Of a stretch of 40,000 nt of DNA, positions 35,347-40,000 are shown piece after piece. The stretch spans positions 5,362 to 45,361 of the forward strand of contig NZ_JBOCEF010000042.1 of NCBI RefSeq assembly GCF_050586345.1. Direction: 5' to 3'. Below the pieces are notes generated by a model. It worked only from the letters and a program-made list of their open reading frames with translations, was not told the DNA's origin and did no database searches. Within the stretch, counting starts at the first letter, position 1. The number at the start of each line of letters is the position of its first letter. The position numbers and the translations under genes were made by a program. This DNA comes from Rhodovulum sp. DZ06 (GTDB lineage Bacteria; Pseudomonadota; Alphaproteobacteria; Rhodobacterales; Rhodobacteraceae).

Positions 35347-36029
35347 GCCGCCGCGCCCGTCTCGTCGCAGAGCCGCCCGCCGCGCAGCTGCGCCCGGCGC
35401 CCGAGCCGGGCCGCGAGGGCCGCCGAATGCGTCGCCATCAGCAGCGCGCAGCCCGCGGTCCGCGTCAGCTCGAGCATCAGCTCCATCACCGCGTCGGCCG
35501 AGGCCTCGTCGAGATTCCCCGTCGGCTCGTCCGCCAGCAGGAGCGCGGGGCGCGCCGCCAGCGCCCGGCCCACGGCGGCCCGCTGCTGCTGGCCGCCCGA
35601 CAGTTCCTCGGGCCAGCGCGACAGGAGGGGCGACAGCCCGAGCCGGTCCGCCAGCTCGGCCGTCCAGCCCGGGTCCTCGCGCCCCGCAAGCCGGGCCTGG
35701 AAGGCGATGTTGTCGCCCACGCGCAGGGACGGGACCAGGTTGAACTGCTGGAACACCACCCCGATATGGGCCCGGCGCAGCGCGGCGCGGCCCGCGTCGT
35801 CGCGCCCGGCCATGTCGGCGCCGCAGACCTCGATCACGCCGCTCTCGGCCGTATCCAGCCCGGCGGCGAGGTGCAGGAGCGTGGATTTCCCGGCCCCGGA
35901 TTCCCCGGTCAGCGCCATCGTCTCGCCGCCCGAAAGCGACAGGTCCACGCCGTCCAGCACCGGGAGGCGCCCCTGCGGCGTCGGATAGCCATGGCGCAGC
36001 GCCTCGAGGCGCAGGACGGGGTCGGTCAT
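35343..36029 (-). CDS. ABC transporter ATP-binding protein (AttE/LolD-like)
   Basis: Walker A is GESGAGKST, the signature is LSGGQQQR, and Walker B is LLLADEPTGNLD. The ATG at 36029 follows GGGAGA. Confidence 0.88.
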   Translation of the reverse strand: MTDPVLRLEALRHGYPTPQGRLPVLDGVDLSLSGGETMALTGESGAGKSTLLHLAAGLDTAESGVIEVCGADMAGRDDAGRAALRRAHIGVVFQQFNLVPSLRVGDNIAFQARLAGREDPGWTAELADRLGLSPLLSRWPEELSGGQQQRAAVGRALAARPALLLADEPTGNLDEASADAVMELMLELTRTAGCALLMATHSAALAARLGRRAQLRGGRLCDETGAAA

Positions 36030-36073
36030 GCGGGGGGTCTCCCTGTCCGTGGCTGTCCGTGGGCGGGCGCCGT

Positions 36074-36469
36074 TCAGGCGGCGCCGAACCGGGCGGCGGC
36101 CCTGGCGGCGGCGAAGGCGCCCACGGCGCTCACGAATGCGCCCCAGGCGAGGTCGAGCGCGACCATGCCCCAGGTCCAGCCGGAGATGGTGGCCATGTTG
36201 GTCGCCTCGTAGACGCCATAGCACACCAGGCCGAACAGCGCGCCCTGCCGGGCCGCCGCGGCGGGGGCGCGGCCGCTTGCGGCGAAATGGACCACCGCGG
36301 CGGGATAGAGCAGGTAGAAGGCGAGGGCGGCGGGCAGCACCGGGTCGTCGCGCAGGATGCCGCCGACGCGGGCCTCCACGAAGGGGCCGATCAGCTGGGT
36401 CAGCGCCACGGCGTCGAGGGCCGAAATCACCAGGAAGGCCGCGCCCCAGGTGGCTGCGTATCTGATCAT
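36074..36469 (-). CDS. DUF2177-like small membrane protein
   Basis: MIRYAATWGAAFLVISALDAVALTQLIGPFV... gives 4 predicted TM segments. The ATG at 36469 is preferred; the track start at 36652 is too far upstream. Confidence 0.6.
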   Translation of the reverse strand: MIRYAATWGAAFLVISALDAVALTQLIGPFVEARVGGILRDDPVLPAALAFYLLYPAAVVHFAASGRAPAAAARQGALFGLVCYGVYEATNMATISGWTWGMVALDLAWGAFVSAVGAFAAARAAARFGAA

Positions 36470-36718
36470 TCTCACCGGTCCTTCCGTTTCGGGCGGTCGT
36501 CGGGCCTCCGCCGCGCCGCCGACCGGGCGGCATTCGCCTGCCGCCGTGCTTCGGAACTGATACGCGCGCGGGGGCGCGCCCGGTTCACCCCGCGCCCGCG
36601 CGCCCTTGCCGCGCCCCCGCCGCCCCGCGCCGCCGGGTCCCGGGGCGCGCACGGGCGGGCGAGCGGGGGGGGCGCCCCCCCGAGCCCGTCCGTTCCCCGA
36701 GTCGCGCTCAGCCCGCGC

Positions 36719-37534
36719 TCAGCCCGCGGTCGGGTCGAACCAGAAGAACGGCCCCGGCCCGTGATCCACCGGCATGGTGCGCACCCGCAGCCCGAGATCC
36801 GCGTCCCAGTCGAAGATCCGCAGCGCCGGCGCCTCGAGCAGGAAGCCCAGCGCCCGGTCCGGCGCCGCGTCATGCGGGATCTGGGGCGAAAGCGGCGGGC
36901 AGGCGCCGATCACCGTGCCCGCCAGCGTCCGGTCCACGTCGGCATGGACATGCCCGCAGGCCACCCGCAGCGGCGGCGCGGCCGAGAGGATCGCCTCGGC
37001 CCGCGCCGCGCCCTCGAACGGCCAGGCGTCCATGAAGGGCAGGCCCATCGCGCAGGGCGGGTGGTGGCAGAACAGCAGCGACGGTCCCCCGGCGCCCCCC
37101 GGACCGGCCAGCGCGCCCTCGAGGAACGCGGCGCCGTCATCGTCGAGCCGCCCGCCGGTGGCGCCCGGAATGATGGTGTCGAGGCCGATGATCCGCAGCC
37201 CCTCCGCGTCATGGGTCCAGTCGAGCCGCGCCTCGCCCGCGCCCCCCGCCGCGAAGCCCGCCCCGGGGAAATGCGCGCGCAGCAGCGCGCGCCGGTCATG
37301 GTTACCGGGGACCAGCCGCAGGGGCGCGCGCAGCCCCGCCAGGATCGTCGCGGCGCGGGCGGTCGAGGCCGCGTCGCCGCCGTCGCACAGGTCCCCGGTA
37401 TGCACCACCAGGTCGGCCCCGAGCGTGTTGATCCGGCTCACCGCCCGGGCCAGCGTCGCCGCCGTGTCGACGCGCTGTTTCCACAGCCGCCCCTCGGGGA
37501 CCACGTGGCTGTCCGTGACCTGGATAATTCGCAT
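36719..37534 (-). CDS. metallophosphoesterase (CpdA-like phosphodiesterase)
   Basis: Motifs are IIQVTDSH, VHTGDL, VPGNHD, FCHHPP and CGHVH. Confidence 0.82.
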   Translation of the reverse strand: MRIIQVTDSHVVPEGRLWKQRVDTAATLARAVSRINTLGADLVVHTGDLCDGGDAASTARAATILAGLRAPLRLVPGNHDRRALLRAHFPGAGFAAGGAGEARLDWTHDAEGLRIIGLDTIIPGATGGRLDDDGAAFLEGALAGPGGAGGPSLLFCHHPPCAMGLPFMDAWPFEGAARAEAILSAAPPLRVACGHVHADVDRTLAGTVIGACPPLSPQIPHDAAPDRALGFLLEAPALRIFDWDADLGLRVRTMPVDHGPGPFFWFDPTAG

Positions 37535-37765
37535 TTTTCGAAACTCCGACAGGGAAGGTTCATTTTGTCTTCTTGCGCCGCGGCGGCGCAGGGGGTGTAT
37601 GTTGGCCCGGTCGGCGCCGCCCGTCGCCTCGCTGGGGGCGTATTTGGGCGGCGCCTTTACGGACGGGCGCGGTGAAGGGCCCCAAGCCTTCGCCGTCGGG
37701 GAAAGGGGACAGGTTTTTTGCCGGCCCCCTGTTTCGGCGGAGAACTTCGCGGCGTTCTGACTTGG

Positions 37766-37795
37766 TCCCGGGCCCTTGCGGTCCGGGATTTTTTT
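37766..37795 (+). terminator. intrinsic terminator oriented for plus-strand transcription
   Basis: A 9-bp stem, TCCCGGGCC-cttgc-GGTCCGGGA (one G-U pair), is followed by T7 (37789-37795). It lies 17 nt beyond the stop of the minus-strand ABC permease, where only an A-tract precedes the stem in that orientation. Confidence 0.7.
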
Positions 37796-37811
37796 CGTCT
37801 TGCCGCCCGCG

Positions 37812-38981
37812 TCAGGCGTAGGGATCGAGCGCGTCGCGCAGACCGTCCCCGAGGAAGTTGAACGCCAGCACCACCAGGATCACCGGGGCCATCGGCGCCA
37901 GCAGCCACGGGTAGATCTCGACCGCCGTCAGGTCGAGCGCGTCGTTGAGCATCAGCCCCCAGCTGACCGCCGGCGGCCGCAGCCCGAGCCCGAGCAGCGA
38001 CAGCGCGGTCTCGCCAAGGATCATCGCCGGGATCGAAAGGGTGGCCGAGGCGACGAGGTGGCTCATGAAATTGGGCATCATGTGCGCGCCGATGATGCGG
38101 CCCGTGGAGGCGCCCATCAGCTCGGCCGCGCGCACGTAGTCTTCCTCGCGCAAGCTCAGGAACTTGGAGCGCACGGCCCGCGCCAGCCCCGGCCAGTCGA
38201 GCAGCCCGAGGATGGCCGAGATCATGAAGAACACCGCCACCGGTCCCCAGTTGGGCGGGATCGCGGCCGAGAGCGCGAGCCAGATGGGAAGCTCGGGCAT
38301 CGACCGCACGATCTCAATGCTGCGCTGGACGATGGCGTCGACCCAGCCGCCGAAATAGCCCGCGAGGCCGCCGACCACCATGCCGATGCCGAAGCTGATG
38401 GCGACGCCGATCAGCCCCACGGTCAGCGACAGCTGCGCGCCGTGGATGATGCGGCTGAGGATGTCGCGCCCCAGCCGGTCCGCGCCCCACAGGTGCAGCG
38501 ACGCGCCCTCGGGCGGGCAGACGAAGCGGAAGCTGGTCTCGATCAGCCCGAACAGGGTGTAGGACGCCCCGCAGGAGGTGAAGAAGCGCACCGGCCGCGG
38601 ATCCTCCAGGTCCGGCGTGAAGACTGGCTGGAACGTCTCCATGTCGATGGCGCTTTCCAGCGGATAGGTCACCGCGAGATGCCCGGCGGTGAAGAAATCC
38701 ACGTGCTCGGGCGGCGCGAAGATGGCGTCGGAATTGCGCGCCGCCGGATCGTAGGGCGCCAGCATCCCCGCGAACGGGAGGGCGAGGTACAGCAGCAGCA
38801 GGAACAGCCCCGACACCATCGCCAGCTTGTTGCGCCGGAAGCGCCGCCAGATCAGCACCCGGGTCGAGGCGTCGAGGTCCTTGCGGTCCAGCGCCTGCAG
38901 GTCCGCGACGCGGTCATAGGGCTCGTCCGAGACGTAATGCGCGTCCGGGTCGGCGGGACCGCCATACTGGCCTTGGGTCAT
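37812..38981 (-). CDS. ABC transporter permease (OppC/DppC-type, BPD_transp_1)
   Basis: RLGRDILSRIIHGAQLSL, the EAA-loop-like YVRAAELMGAS and a C-terminal LGDGLRDALDP are present. The ATG at 38981 overlaps the upstream stop. The track start at 39671 is an artefact. Confidence 0.85.
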   Translation of the reverse strand: MTQGQYGGPADPDAHYVSDEPYDRVADLQALDRKDLDASTRVLIWRRFRRNKLAMVSGLFLLLLYLALPFAGMLAPYDPAARNSDAIFAPPEHVDFFTAGHLAVTYPLESAIDMETFQPVFTPDLEDPRPVRFFTSCGASYTLFGLIETSFRFVCPPEGASLHLWGADRLGRDILSRIIHGAQLSLTVGLIGVAISFGIGMVVGGLAGYFGGWVDAIVQRSIEIVRSMPELPIWLALSAAIPPNWGPVAVFFMISAILGLLDWPGLARAVRSKFLSLREEDYVRAAELMGASTGRIIGAHMMPNFMSHLVASATLSIPAMILGETALSLLGLGLRPPAVSWGLMLNDALDLTAVEIYPWLLAPMAPVILVVLAFNFLGDGLRDALDPYA

Positions 38982-40000
38982 TTGCGCCTCCCCGAAAAGC
39001 GGATCCGCGGGTCGAGCACGGCCAGCAGCAGGTCCGAGACCAGCATGCCGACGAGCGTGAGCGCCGAGACGAACAGCAGGATGAACCCCGAGAGGAAGTA
39101 GTCCTGCGACCGCAGGGCGGCGAGCAGGATCGGCCCGATGGTCTGAAGCCCCATCACCAGCGAGACGAGGACCGAGCCGGAGACGAGGCTGGGCAGCAGG
39201 TTGCCGATATCCGCGACGAACGGGTTCAGCGCCATGCGCAGCGGGTAGCGCACCACCGTGTTGACCGGCCCCACGCCCTTGGCCTGCGCGGTGACGACGT
39301 ACGGCTTGGAAAGCTCGTCCAGCAGGTTGGCCCGCAGCCGGCGCACCATCGCGGCCATGCCCGAGGTGCCGATGACGATGATCGGCACGATCATGTGGAC
39401 CAGGATGTCCTGCAGCTTGGCGAAGCTCATCGGCTGGTCCAGGAACTCCTTGCCCATGAGGCCGCCGACCGGCAGCCCGAACCATTGCGCGCCCTTGTGA
39501 TAGAGGATGAGCGCGAGCAGGAAGTTCGGGGTCGCGAGGCCGATATACCCGACGAAGGTCGCGAGGTAGTCGATCCAGGTGTTCGCCTTCACCGCCGCGA
39601 TCGCCCCGAGCGGCAGCGCGACGGTGTAGACGAAGAGGATGGCGAAGAAGTTCAGCGCGATGGTCATCCACAGCGCCTCGGCCACGACTTCCGAGACCGG
39701 GCGGTCAAGCTCGAACGACCAGCCGAGGTCGCCCTGGATGATCCCCGAGAACCCGTTCGGCCCGGGGTAGAACCCCATCCAGATCAGGTACTGTTTCCAC
39801 AGCGGCGCATCGAGCGCGTATTGCTGCATCAGGAACTCGGCCTTGGCGACCGAGGCCGCCTCGCCCGACGCATTGAGCGCCGCGATCTGGTTGGACAGGA
39901 AGTCCCCGGGGGGCAGGTTCACGATCCAGAACACCAGCGCGCTGACCAGGAGCAGCGTCCAGAGCATGGTGCCCAGTCGTCTGACGATGTAGACGGCCAT
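38978..40000 (-). CDS. ABC transporter permease (OppB/DppB-type)
   Basis: MAVYIVRRLGTMLWTLLLVSALVFWIVNLPPGDF is the typical N-terminus, with the ATG exactly at 40000-39998. PYVVTAQAKG is the EAA-loop region. Confidence 0.85.
   Translation of the reverse strand: MAVYIVRRLGTMLWTLLLVSALVFWIVNLPPGDFLSNQIAALNASGEAASVAKAEFLMQQYALDAPLWKQYLIWMGFYPGPNGFSGIIQGDLGWSFELDRPVSEVVAEALWMTIALNFFAILFVYTVALPLGAIAAVKANTWIDYLATFVGYIGLATPNFLLALILYHKGAQWFGLPVGGLMGKEFLDQPMSFAKLQDILVHMIVPIIVIGTSGMAAMVRRLRANLLDELSKPYVVTAQAKGVGPVNTVVRYPLRMALNPFVADIGNLLPSLVSGSVLVSLVMGLQTIGPILLAALRSQDYFLSGFILLFVSALTLVGMLVSDLLLAVLDPRIRFSGRRK

Overview
The window is high-GC (about 70%) chromosomal DNA. Gene content suggests an alphaproteobacterium, possibly Rhodobacterales-like: a SAM-II leader on metZ, a TauE/TIGR02186-type gene pair, CoxD/CoxE/XdhC/MocA accessory genes and an AttEFGH-like ABC operon. 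This taxonomic call is inference only. Most of the window is ordinary housekeeping: mgtE, an FAD dehydrogenase, MoxR/VWA/XdhC/MocA molybdoenzyme-maturation genes, a TSUP exporter, a GST, metZ, folE-folP-folB-folK, trkH, two ABC systems and a metallophosphoesterase. The outstanding feature is an 8,208-bp Mu-like transposable element at 4431-12638. It has 5'-TG...CA-3' termini and repeated subterminal transposase-site motifs. It carries a complete Mu-type early module (c-like repressor, Ner-like, MuA-like DDE transposase, MuB-like ATPase, GemA, Mor-like). Of the late genes I can identify only the major head subunit (gpT-like) and the protease/scaffold (gpI-like), and these lie in a non-Mu order. 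The element is flanked by a diverged 96-bp direct repeat rather than a 5-bp target duplication. I read it as a candidate natural mini-Mu or transposable-phage satellite that supplies its own capsid. The more mundane alternative is a heavily deleted and rearranged prophage. Other items worth a second look:
- an orphan Rap1a/Tai4-like periplasmic immunity protein;
- a 15-bp x 8 in-frame tandem repeat inside an alpha/beta hydrolase;
- a 26-bp palindromic tandem array in the xdhC upstream region;
- a perfect 20-bp palindrome beside a consensus -35 box;
- a plus-strand intrinsic terminator with no annotated gene to terminate.
Many very long ORFs in the supplied track are wrong-frame artefacts of the GC content. 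All homology calls come from reading the translated sequences and recalling family motifs. No database search was run.
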